The translations under genes were made by a program, and so were the position numbers. This document shows positions 51,420 through 59,282 of a DNA stretch of 64,000 nucleotides, in pieces (position 1 is the first letter of the stretch; every line of letters begins with the position of its first letter). Source of the stretch: Synechococcaceae cyanobacterium (lineage in GTDB: Bacteria; Cyanobacteriota; Cyanobacteriia; PCC-6307; Cyanobiaceae); contig CANHMF010000001.1 in assembly GCA_947461705.1 (NCBI GenBank), positions 388-64,387 on the forward strand. Direction: 5' to 3'. Below the pieces are notes generated by a model. The model was not told the DNA's origin and did no database searches. It saw only the letters and a program-made list of their open reading frames with translations.

Positions 51420-51844
51420 CCACGAGCAACGGCAATGGGGCTGGCGGGGAGCGGCCCAGCGGGGAGCGCCGTTCCCGCGGACTGCCCCTGCAGGCCGCCT
51501 CCAGGGTCACCGGGCTGGTGACCTCGGTGATGGATCTGCACGTGCGCATTGCCCTGCAGGAGGCCGATCGGGAAAAGCGCCGTCTGATCAGCGGTGCCGT
51601 GCTGCTGATGGGGGGGCTGGCCACGCTGCTGCTGGCCCTGATCGCCGCGGAACTGGCGCTGGTGCTGTGGTTTCACCTGGGGCTGAGCTGGGGCTGGATT
51701 CAGGCGGTGCTGGTGCTGGCGGGCCTCAATCTGCTGCTCACCGGCCTGTTCCTGCGGCTGGGGGGCCAGATGACCAAGGGCCCCTATCTGCCCGAAACCA
51801 TGGCCGGCATCACCAAGACCACCCGGGCCCTGGTGGGCCGCTAG
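51416..51844 (+). CDS. YqjE-like (phage-holin superfamily) membrane protein
   Basis: HVRIALQE, two TM, YLPET; ATGA overlap with upstream gene. Confidence 0.75.
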   Translation: MTTSNGNGAGGERPSGERRSRGLPLQAASRVTGLVTSVMDLHVRIALQEADREKRRLISGAVLLMGGLATLLLALIAAELALVLWFHLGLSWGWIQAVLVLAGLNLLLTGLFLRLGGQMTKGPYLPETMAGITKTTRALVGR

Positions 51845-53040
51845 CGGATCTCGTACTGGAGCCAGCGGCAGTCGATGCCGCCATTGCTCACGGGCAATTT
51901 GCGGCTGGCTTTCATCCGCAGGGCTCCCGTGAGTTCGGGGTTGCCGCTGAGCAGCCACAGGGTCCAGCCACCGCAGCGCTGCTTGAGCATCTGGCCCAGG
52001 TCGCTGTAGAGCTGTTCGAGGGCCTCGCCCGCCCCGATCCGCTCGCCATAGGGCGGGTTGCACACCAGGATCCCTGGAGTGGTCGGGGGCACGAAGTCGC
52101 GGCAGTCTCCGCGCTGCAGCTGCAGCCAGCGGGCCACTCCGGCCTCCTCTGCATTGGCCTGAGCCTGCTCCAGCACCTCCGGATCCGCCTCGTTGCCCAC
52201 GATCGCGGCCAGGGGGATGTCCCCTGGCAGCTCTGCGCGGCCCAGGCCTTGGGCGGTTGCCACTTCCTGGCGCCACAGACCGGCATCGAAATCCGGCCAG
52301 CGTTCCAGGGCAAAGCCTCGCCCCAGGCCAGGGGCGCGCCCCAGCACCTGGCAGGCCGCCTCGATCAGCAGGGTGCCGGAGCCGCAGAGGGGATCGGCCA
52401 GGGGCACGCTGCCGTTCCAGCCGGTGAGGGCAATCAGGCCAGCGGCGAGATTTTCCTTTAGCGGCGCCAGACCCATGCGGGCCCGGTAGCCCCGGCGATG
52501 CAGGCTCTCGCCACTGCCATCCAGGCTCAGGATCGCCTCCGGGGTCTGGCCGGGGCGGCCTGGACTCAGGTGCAGGTGTAGGGCCAGGTCGGGGTTGTCG
52601 AGGTTCACCGAGGAGCGCGCGCCCCAGGCCTGGCGCTGGCCATCCACCAGGGCGTTCTTCACCTGCAGGGCGCTGTAGTGGCTGTGGTTGAGCCCGGGGA
52701 TGCTGCCGCTGGCATCCACGCGGAAGCTGGCCTCGGGAGGGAGCCAGAAGCCCCAGTCGGCCGCCTCCTGCACGCCCCGGTAGAGGTCGTCGCGTCCGCG
52801 GCAGGGGAAGGCCGCCAGCTGGCGCAGCAGTCGGAAGGGCAAGCGGGCCTGCAGGTGCAGGCGGTAGTACGTGGCCAGATCCGTCTGGCAGCGCACCGCC
52901 CGCCGCAGGGGTCTCACCCCGGTGGCCCCCAGGGCCGCCAGCTCAGCGGCGGCCGCCTCCTCCAGCCCCGGTGGCACCACGGCCAGGCAGGGGAATGCCG
53001 CTGTACGGGATGGCGTCCAGTTGCGTTCGGTCATGCCCAC
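51841..53040 (-). CDS. THUMP-domain RNA methyltransferase (RlmL-like)
   Basis: SLHRRGYR, APLKENLAA, DPLCGSGT, NPPYGER. Confidence 0.9.
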   Translation of the reverse strand: MGMTERNWTPSRTAAFPCLAVVPPGLEEAAAAELAALGATGVRPLRRAVRCQTDLATYYRLHLQARLPFRLLRQLAAFPCRGRDDLYRGVQEAADWGFWLPPEASFRVDASGSIPGLNHSHYSALQVKNALVDGQRQAWGARSSVNLDNPDLALHLHLSPGRPGQTPEAILSLDGSGESLHRRGYRARMGLAPLKENLAAGLIALTGWNGSVPLADPLCGSGTLLIEAACQVLGRAPGLGRGFALERWPDFDAGLWRQEVATAQGLGRAELPGDIPLAAIVGNEADPEVLEQAQANAEEAGVARWLQLQRGDCRDFVPPTTPGILVCNPPYGERIGAGEALEQLYSDLGQMLKQRCGGWTLWLLSGNPELTGALRMKASRKLPVSNGGIDCRWLQYEIR

Positions 53041-53076
53041 CCCACCTGCTGCCTAGTCCTGCTGCCACAATGAAGG

Positions 53077-53375
53077 AGTCCGGTTTCGGCCGGACTAGGT
53101 GGCTCACACCAGTGTTTCGGACAGCGGTTCGATTCCGCTCAGCTCCATTCCCCCGCTCTCGGCACTGCCGGGGCTTTGCCGGGGCTGCAATGGTTTCGAC
53201 GGGGCATAAGGAGGGTGACTGAAGCCTGCTCGGTAAGAGCAAACACGTAACAGCGAACAACATCGTTCGTTTCTCCCGTCAGACCGCCCCTGTGGCCGCC
53301 TGACCCTAGTTAGGGAGATGGGGTAGATCAGCCTTATCACCCAAATGATCCGTGGGGGCTGGAAGGCCCCTTTTT
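53077..53375 (+). ncRNA. ssrA: Two-piece circularly permuted tmRNA
   Basis: T-arm/acceptor 3' half (GCGGTTCGATTCCGCTCAGCTCCA, ends 53147) precedes 5' half GGGGCTGCAATGGTTTCGAC (53181); G3-U70 pair; tag frame 53253-53303 ANNIVRFSRQTAPVAA*; 5' end approximate. Confidence 0.95.
53355..53375 (+). terminator. tmRNA terminator
   Basis: GGGGCT-GGAA-GGCCCC-TTTTT. Confidence 0.8.
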
Positions 53376-53508
53376 AGTGGCTAGGGACTGGGATCTCGGT
53401 TCCTCTCCGATGCGGTGGCCTCCTGTGACAACGCGGCACGGTCTAGTCCGAGGTGTTCAGGTTCGGCGTCGTCGCGGCAGTAGCTCTTTGCTGTCGACAC
53501 CGGACGTT

Positions 53509-53640
53509 CTACAAACGCAGCAGCAGGCGGGCCAGATCGCGGGTCGCCAGCCAGCCGTCTGGGGCGGTGATCAGCAGGGCAACATCGGCATCGGGGCGAG
53601 CCTCCATTGGCTGCTGCAGCTGGGGCTGCGGATTCCTCAT
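53509..53640 (-). CDS. Possible small protein (43 aa)
   Basis: Manual translation MRNPQPQLQQPMEARPDADVALLITAPDGWLATRDLARLLLRL; genome-typical G/C-ending codons. Confidence 0.35.
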   Translation of the reverse strand: MRNPQPQLQQPMEARPDADVALLITAPDGWLATRDLARLLLRL

Positions 53641-53731
53641 CAGGTGGGTGTCCCTTCGGGTGCGATGGCCCAAATGGCGGAACCCTCTGTCGTTCCGCCA
53701 ACCTGAGTCTCCTCAGCGCTGGCCCCAGCCC

Positions 53732-53929
53732 ATGACGGTGAATCGGGAGAGGCTGGACAAGCTCGGTCGCTTTCTGCTGCGTGGCCTGCGCATCGGCGCC
53801 AGCACGGTGTCGATCGTGGAGCTTCTGCGCAACGACTGGACGGGCGGCATCAGTGCTGGGGTGGCCTGGCTGGTGTTTGTGCAGGTGGAACAGCGGCTGC
53901 CGCCTGTGCCCCAGGCGCCCGAGGACTGA
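53732..53929 (+). CDS. Small membrane hypothetical protein (65 aa)
   Basis: C-terminal part of track ORF 53453..53929, MTVNRERLDKLGRFLLRGLRIG... Confidence 0.6.
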   Translation: MTVNRERLDKLGRFLLRGLRIGASTVSIVELLRNDWTGGISAGVAWLVFVQVEQRLPPVPQAPED

Positions 53930-54311
53930 TCTGCAGCTCGGCGTAGCCGGTGGCGGGATCCAAGTCCCGGTGAAACGCCCACTCCGGCAGCAGCCCCAGC
54001 ACCAGTTCAGCGGTGGTGCGCACCTGCGAGCCGGTGCACAGGTGACCGCCGATCACCGCTCCGGTTCTGTCAGCAACAGCGATGTGCAGGTGGGCGCCGT
54101 CGGGCGAGAGCGTGCCGGTGAGGCTGAGGATCTCCAGGTCGCCCCGGATCGCGGTGCTCTCCTGTTGGCCTGCCAGCCGCAGCTGGGCCACCGACAAGCT
54201 GCCGATGCCAAGGAGCACGCAGCCGGCCGATTCGCCTTGCTTGCCGATCCAGGCCTCCAGCGCCAAGCGCAGGTCGTCGCCCGGTTGCAACCGCAATGGC
54301 ACCACCTTCAT
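53850..54311 (-). CDS. PPC domain (DUF296) protein
   Basis: LRLQPGDDL, IGSLS, EILSLTGT, HLHIAVAD..G..IGGHL, DPATGY.EL. Confidence 0.9.
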   Translation of the reverse strand: MKVVPLRLQPGDDLRLALEAWIGKQGESAGCVLLGIGSLSVAQLRLAGQQESTAIRGDLEILSLTGTLSPDGAHLHIAVADRTGAVIGGHLCTGSQVRTTAELVLGLLPEWAFHRDLDPATGYAELQISPRAPGAQAAAAVPPAQTPARPPQH

Positions 54312-54841
54312 GGCAGCGGCTCCTCCAGCAGCGATTGCACCATCACCAGGGCATCCACGTAGCCCAACTGCTTGTGGCGGAACGCTCCGGGCAGGGTGCC
54401 GATGATCTGAAAGCCGTTCCGCTGCCAGCAGTGGATGCCGGCGGTGTTCGTGCTCACCACCAGGTTGAACTGCATCAGCCGAAAACCCAGCCGCCGGGCG
54501 GTCTGCAGCGAGTGCTGGCAGAGGCGGCTGCCGATGCCCTGGCAGCGTGTCTGCTCGGCCACCACATAGCCGGCATTGGCCACGTGGGCACCCAGGCAGA
54601 GGGAATTGGGCTTCACGTAATAGGTGCCCACCAAGAGCCCAGTCCCATCCGTGGCCACCATCACGGCCTGGGGCTGCTCCACCCACAGCAGTTGGGCGTC
54701 GGCCTCGCAGATCTGAGGATCGTGGGGGAAGGTTTCGCCGGCGCGGAACACCGGCTCGAGCAGCGCCCACACCGCCGGCCAGTCGTCCGCCTCATAGGGG
54801 CGGATCTGCAGTGGGGGTGCCACCAGGACCACAGACAGCAA
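54308..54841 (-). CDS. GNAT N-acetyltransferase
   Basis: AGETF, HVANAGY, QGIGS, MQFNLVVSTN, GYVDALVM. Confidence 0.9.
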   Translation of the reverse strand: MLSVVLVAPPLQIRPYEADDWPAVWALLEPVFRAGETFPHDPQICEADAQLLWVEQPQAVMVATDGTGLLVGTYYVKPNSLCLGAHVANAGYVVAEQTRCQGIGSRLCQHSLQTARRLGFRLMQFNLVVSTNTAGIHCWQRNGFQIIGTLPGAFRHKQLGYVDALVMVQSLLEEPLP

Positions 54842-54844
54842 CGC

Positions 54845-55063
54845 TCAGAGCGGTGATCTTCTCGCGCTTGGTTGCTGCCACCACGACTGGTTCTGGGATG
54901 GCGTCAACCTGGGTATAGGCCGGATGTCAACCGAGCCCGTGCTGAGGAAGCCCGTCAAGATGGAAATCTGTCGCTGCAGCGGCCGCAGGCTGTGCAGTGA
55001 ACCAACGGTCTGGACAAGTCCAGCCAATCGCGCATCCCGGGGCCGCGCTGTAACCCGATGCAA
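54845..55063 (-). CDS. Possible small hypothetical protein
   Basis: ORF fills gap co-directionally, ending 4 nt before GNAT start; no motif. Confidence 0.3.
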   Translation of the reverse strand: MHRVTARPRDARLAGLVQTVGSLHSLRPLQRQISILTGFLSTGSVDIRPIPRLTPSQNQSWWQQPSARRSPL

Positions 55064-55084
55064 GAAGGTTTCTCTGGGCTTTTT

Positions 55085-55555
55085 TTATTTCAGCGCTGGT
55101 GAAACCGTTGTGCTGTTGCTGCTGAATCCACTCCATACCCTCAGTTCTTCCAGGCTCAGCACCCCTTCGCGCCGTTCGCCGTTGAGATCCCAAGTGGGAA
55201 AGGCGCGGATCTTGGCGGTCTGGCAGCGCTGCCGGCCGTTGTCGTCCTTGTCGCACTCGATGTAGGGCAGGCGCCGGCCGGCCTCGGTACCGAACAGGTT
55301 CTTCTGGCTGAAGCAGTGGGGGCACCACCAGGCCCCGTACACCACGGCACCCTGGCGACGCAGATGCTCCACCAGGGCCATCTGCTCAGGCGTGGATGGA
55401 CTCACGGCTTCGCCCACAGCGCTGGCATCCGAGCCAGCGGCCTGGAGTGGATCGCTGGTGCCGCTGAGGCCTCCCACCAGCAGGGCGGTGATGCAGGCCA
55501 GTCCCAGGTTGCGCCAGAGGCGCTGGCGACCGACTGAAGGAGCGGGCATCGGCAC
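55085..55555 (-). CDS. Exported thioredoxin-like protein (resembles VKOR-associated Trx domain)
   Basis: YGAWWCPHC..QK.LFG, YIEC, C....I.AFPTW. Confidence 0.85.
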   Translation of the reverse strand: MPMPAPSVGRQRLWRNLGLACITALLVGGLSGTSDPLQAAGSDASAVGEAVSPSTPEQMALVEHLRRQGAVVYGAWWCPHCFSQKNLFGTEAGRRLPYIECDKDDNGRQRCQTAKIRAFPTWDLNGERREGVLSLEELRVWSGFSSNSTTVSPALK

Positions 55556-55711
55556 GATCCAGGCGTTGGACTGACGTTACGGCCTCTTTTTCAGCTTGCG
55601 TCGCCGTTGAATCCGGCTTGGCGTTCGGCCTTCCGCCCCCACCGCTTGCTCTGGGAGCGGTGTTCAGCTGGGACACTGGGAGGACCGTTGACCACCGAGA
55701 CAGCAGCTGCC

Positions 55712-56695
55712 ATGGGCGCCGACGGCTATCGCGACTATTTCAAGGTGCTCGGTGTCGATCGCGGTGCGGATGCCGACACGATCAAACGCTCGTTTCGCAA
55801 GCTGGCGCGTCAGTACCACCCGGATGTGAATCCCGGCAATCAGGGTGCCGAGGCCAAGTTCAAGGAGATCAGCGAGGCCTATGAGGTGCTCTCTGATCCC
55901 GATAAGCGCCGGCGCTACGAGCAGTTTGGCCAGTACTGGAATCAGGCCGGTGGTGGTAGCGGCATGGGTGGTGTGGATGTGGATTTCGGCCGGTATGGCA
56001 ATTTTGACGACTTCATCAATGACCTACTGGGTCGCTTTGGTGGCCCGGGTGGTGGGGCTGGATTTGCTGGAGCTCCGGGCGGTTTCGGAGGATTTGGCTC
56101 GGGGTTTCCCGGTGGATTCGGAGCCCCCGGTGCCAGTGCTGGTCGTGGCGTTCCGCTGAATCTCGATGCGGAGGCCAGCATCAACCTCAGCTTTGCCGAG
56201 GCCTTCCGAGGCTGCGAGCGCACCCTGGCTGTGAATGACGAGCGGGTGCAGGTGCGGATCCCTGCCGGTGTGAAGCCCGGCAGTCGCCTGCGTCTCAAGG
56301 GCAAGGGCAATTTGCAGCCGGGCACCGGTCGTCGCGGCGACCTCTACCTCAACCTGCAGGTGCAGGAGCACCCGATCTGGGTCCTGGAGGGGGATCAGCT
56401 CAAGGCCGACTTGCCCCTCAGCCTCGATGAGCTCGCCCTGGGTGGTGAGTTGCGGGTGGCCACCCCCGATGGCGAAGCCACGGTGACGGTGCCCCCCGCC
56501 ATGGCGGTGGGTCGTAGTTTGCGGCTGAAGGGCAAGGGCTGGCCCCGGGCAGGTGGTCGTGGGGATCTGCTGTTGAGCCTGAGCCTGAAGCAGCCCGCCA
56601 GTTACAGCGAGCAGGAACGCCAGCTACTGGAGCAATTGCGCGCTGCGCGTAGTTCTGATCCACGTTCCACATGGCTTCAGGACGCGAGACTCTGA
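55712..56695 (+). CDS. dnaJ: DnaJ class B (CbpA-like) chaperone
   Basis: J domain with HPD, G/F-rich region, no Zn finger, C-terminal domain. Confidence 0.93.
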   Translation: MGADGYRDYFKVLGVDRGADADTIKRSFRKLARQYHPDVNPGNQGAEAKFKEISEAYEVLSDPDKRRRYEQFGQYWNQAGGGSGMGGVDVDFGRYGNFDDFINDLLGRFGGPGGGAGFAGAPGGFGGFGSGFPGGFGAPGASAGRGVPLNLDAEASINLSFAEAFRGCERTLAVNDERVQVRIPAGVKPGSRLRLKGKGNLQPGTGRRGDLYLNLQVQEHPIWVLEGDQLKADLPLSLDELALGGELRVATPDGEATVTVPPAMAVGRSLRLKGKGWPRAGGRGDLLLSLSLKQPASYSEQERQLLEQLRAARSSDPRSTWLQDARL

Positions 56696-56723
56696 AGGCC
56701 ATCACCTTCGAGCGACCTGGCTC

Positions 56724-57326
56724 ATGACAGCTCTCTTGAACAGCTTGGGCCAGCGCTTCTAGGCGCTGTTGCTCGTGATTGCCCTGGCCATGGCGGGACT
56801 CTCAACGGTGGTGCACGCCGGCACGCGCAATTCGGGCCTCGGGTGCCTTACCGCTGGGGCTTGGCCTGCATGTGAAGAATCCCTATGGCCTGAATTTGAG
56901 CGATCAGAGCTTTCTGGCCACGGCTGGTTCTGGTTGGAATGGGGCGATGAGGTGGGGGCAATCCGTGAGCGCGAACGGCTGGAGCCACAGGATTTGGTTG
57001 AGTTCGAGAATGCGATTGAATCGGGCCAGTGCCTGGATATCGTTCCCGATGGAAGACGTGCCACTCTGTGCTCCGATGGTATCTATTATCAGGTCTTTAA
57101 ATTCTCGTCCAAGTTTTGTGGCTACGGCATTCTTCGGTGCCGAGCGCCGTTCGATAAGCTGCTCCTCCAGATTCGTCTCGAGGTTGTCCTGGATCCAGGC
57201 GGTTTTGGTGGCAGGTCGCTTGTGCTGTACTCGTTGGGCGATGCTCGTTCGCTGATTGGTGGCTCCAGCGATATCAGTGGCTTCGGCCTTGAGGCTGTTG
57301 ATGCTCGCGCATTTACCCATGAGTAG
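56724..57326 (+). pseudogene. Secreted hypothetical protein with in-frame TAG in signal peptide (or intact from TTG 56769)
   Basis: ATG 56724 reads MTALLNSLGQRF*ALLLVIALAMAGLSTVVHA in frame with ORF 56769..57326. Confidence 0.4.
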
Positions 57327-57404
57327 CCTGCTGGTTTTGGGCGCCAAGGTGGGGAGGCTTGCAGTGGTTTGGTGGTGACATGCGAGTACAGTATTGAGGC
57401 CTAG

Positions 57405-57787
57405 ATGGCGTTTTTCAAGTGGTTGTTGCCGCTCGCGATTGTGATGTCCATTGTGATGATGGCGCCTTCGCTGGAAGAGGCTCTGGGGGATGTGGGGCTG
57501 ACTATTCTTTCTGGGGCGTTATTGAGCCTTGTCTTTCTTCGTGAGGCTTGTAAGTCTGGATTTCTCCCTGCTCTTGTCTCGCCTGTCTCGACGAGATTTA
57601 TTCCTATTCCTATCTGGTTTGTTTGGTGCTGTTCGTTTGGTTTCTGGTGGGCACCAACGCCCATGCCAGGGCCTCGGCTGGGTTCATGGAGCTGGTCATC
57701 AGGCGTGTGAACCGCTTGGACGGCATTGATCAGGGGAGCGCTGTGATCGGTTCCCTGGTGCTGGTCGTGCTCGGTTGGTTCGTCTGA
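57405..57787 (+). pseudogene. Probable frameshifted membrane protein
   Basis: ORF 57405..57710 plus an open -1 frame 57554..57787 with two more TM-like segments. Confidence 0.4.
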
Positions 57788-57835
57788 GCTCGCGGCGTCC
57801 AGCTCTCTAAGATCCCCCAGAGATTTTGGCCCTGC

Positions 57836-58837
57836 ATGGAGCTCAGCTACCGCCCCCGCCGGTTGCGTCGTACGCCTGCCCTGCGGGCCATGGTGCGGGA
57901 GACCCACCTCAGTGCCGCCGATTTCATCTATCCCCTGTTCGTGCACGAAGGGGCCACGAACGAGCCGATCGGTGCCATGCCCGGCTGTCAGCGCTGGAGC
58001 CTGGAGGGGCTGGTGCAGGAGGTGGGTCGCGCCTGGGACCTGGGCATCCGTTGTGTGGTGCTGTTCCCCAAGGTGAGCGATGGCCTCAAAACTGAGGATG
58101 GCGCCGAGTGTTTCAACGAGGGTGGCCTGATCCCCCGCGCCATTCGCCGGCTCAAGCAGGTGCACCCGGGCATGGCGATCATGACCGATGTGGCTCTCGA
58201 TCCCTATTCCTGCGATGGCCATGACGGCATCGTGAGTGGTGAGGGTGTGGTGCTCAACGATGAGACCGTGGCGATCCTCTGCAAGCAGGCCGTCGTCCAG
58301 GCCCGCGCCGGTGCCGATCTGATTGGCCCCAGCGACATGATGGATGGCCGTGTTGGCGCCATTCGTGAAGCCCTCGATGAGGAGGGTTTCGAGCACGTGG
58401 GGATCATCAGTTACACAGCCAAATACGCCTCCGCTTACTACGGACCCTTCCGCGAGGCCTTGGATTCGGCGCCCCGTGCGGCAGCCGGGAAGTCGATCCC
58501 CAAGGACAAGAGCACCTATCAGATGGATCCGGCCAATGCCCGAGAGGCCATCACCGAGGCCCAGCTCGACGAGCAGGAAGGCGCCGACATCATGATGGTG
58601 AAGCCTGGGCTGGCCTATCTCGACATCATCCATCGCCTGCGCGAGGAGAGTGAGCTGCCGATTGCCGCCTACAACGTGAGCGGCGAATACGCCATGGTGA
58701 AGGCGGCCTCAGAGAAGGGCTGGATCGATGAGCGTGCAGTTGTGCTCGAGACCCTGCTGTGCTTCAAGCGGGCCGGTGCTGATCTGATCCTCACCTATCA
58801 CGCCTGTGATGCGGCTGCATGGTTGAAGCAGGGTTGA
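57836..58837 (+). CDS. hemB: Porphobilinogen synthase
   Basis: RPRRLR, DVALDPY, PSDMMDGR, YQMD, MVKP, AYNVSGEY. Confidence 0.97.
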   Translation: MELSYRPRRLRRTPALRAMVRETHLSAADFIYPLFVHEGATNEPIGAMPGCQRWSLEGLVQEVGRAWDLGIRCVVLFPKVSDGLKTEDGAECFNEGGLIPRAIRRLKQVHPGMAIMTDVALDPYSCDGHDGIVSGEGVVLNDETVAILCKQAVVQARAGADLIGPSDMMDGRVGAIREALDEEGFEHVGIISYTAKYASAYYGPFREALDSAPRAAAGKSIPKDKSTYQMDPANAREAITEAQLDEQEGADIMMVKPGLAYLDIIHRLREESELPIAAYNVSGEYAMVKAASEKGWIDERAVVLETLLCFKRAGADLILTYHACDAAAWLKQG

Positions 58838-58875
58838 GCTCGCTGCAGCCCAGGCCAAGGCCCCCCACGCGTTTG

Positions 58876-59079
58876 GTGGTGGATGGTTTCTTTGTGGGCT
58901 GGGTCTATGGGCCCTGGCTCGTGGCGGCCATCACCTTTGTGATGGCCCTGCGTCTGTTGATTGATGCGGATTTCAGCAACCATGGTCATGGCTGGGGATT
59001 GATCGGTAGTGCTGCGATCTGTTTCTCCATCGGTTGCGTCTGCAAGACCTCCTGGGGCCTGGCCCAGCGCAAGCGATGA
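58876..59079 (+). CDS. Small 2-TM protein, paralog A (ICFSIGC motif)
   Basis: Hydrophobic ORF; stop overlaps next ATG; start GTG 58876 or 58879. Confidence 0.7.
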   Translation: MVDGFFVGWVYGPWLVAAITFVMALRLLIDADFSNHGHGWGLIGSAAICFSIGCVCKTSWGLAQRKR

Positions 59080-59282
59080 CCCGCAGTCAGCTGCGCCTGT
59101 TGGTGACCCTGCCTTGGATTGCATCCGGGGTGGTGCTCTTGGTGGTGACCAAGCTCCAGCAGGGGGGCGCCCAGGTGCACTGGTCGTTGTTCGGTAGCGG
59201 CATGATCTGCTTCTCGATCGGCTGCCTCGCCCGCACCAGCCTCGGTCTGGCCCAGCCCCCCCGCCCGGGCCGCAGACCCTGA
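59076..59282 (+). CDS. Small 2-TM protein, paralog B (ICFSIGC motif)
   Basis: ATGA overlap upstream, TGATG overlap with TolC; homologous to paralog A. Confidence 0.7.
   Translation: MTRSQLRLLVTLPWIASGVVLLVVTKLQQGGAQVHWSLFGSGMICFSIGCLARTSLGLAQPPRPGRRP

Noticed and set aside
51416-51844. Phage holin-like gene as prophage evidence
   Set aside because: Paired with a YqjD-like gene as in ordinary cellular modules; no phage genes nearby
56030-56150. Gly/Phe quasi-repeats
   Set aside because: Normal DnaJ G/F linker
59076-59282. GG in paralog B as a double-glycine bacteriocin leader
   Set aside because: Preceded by a TM helix, lacks ELSxxEL-type leader, and not shared by paralog A
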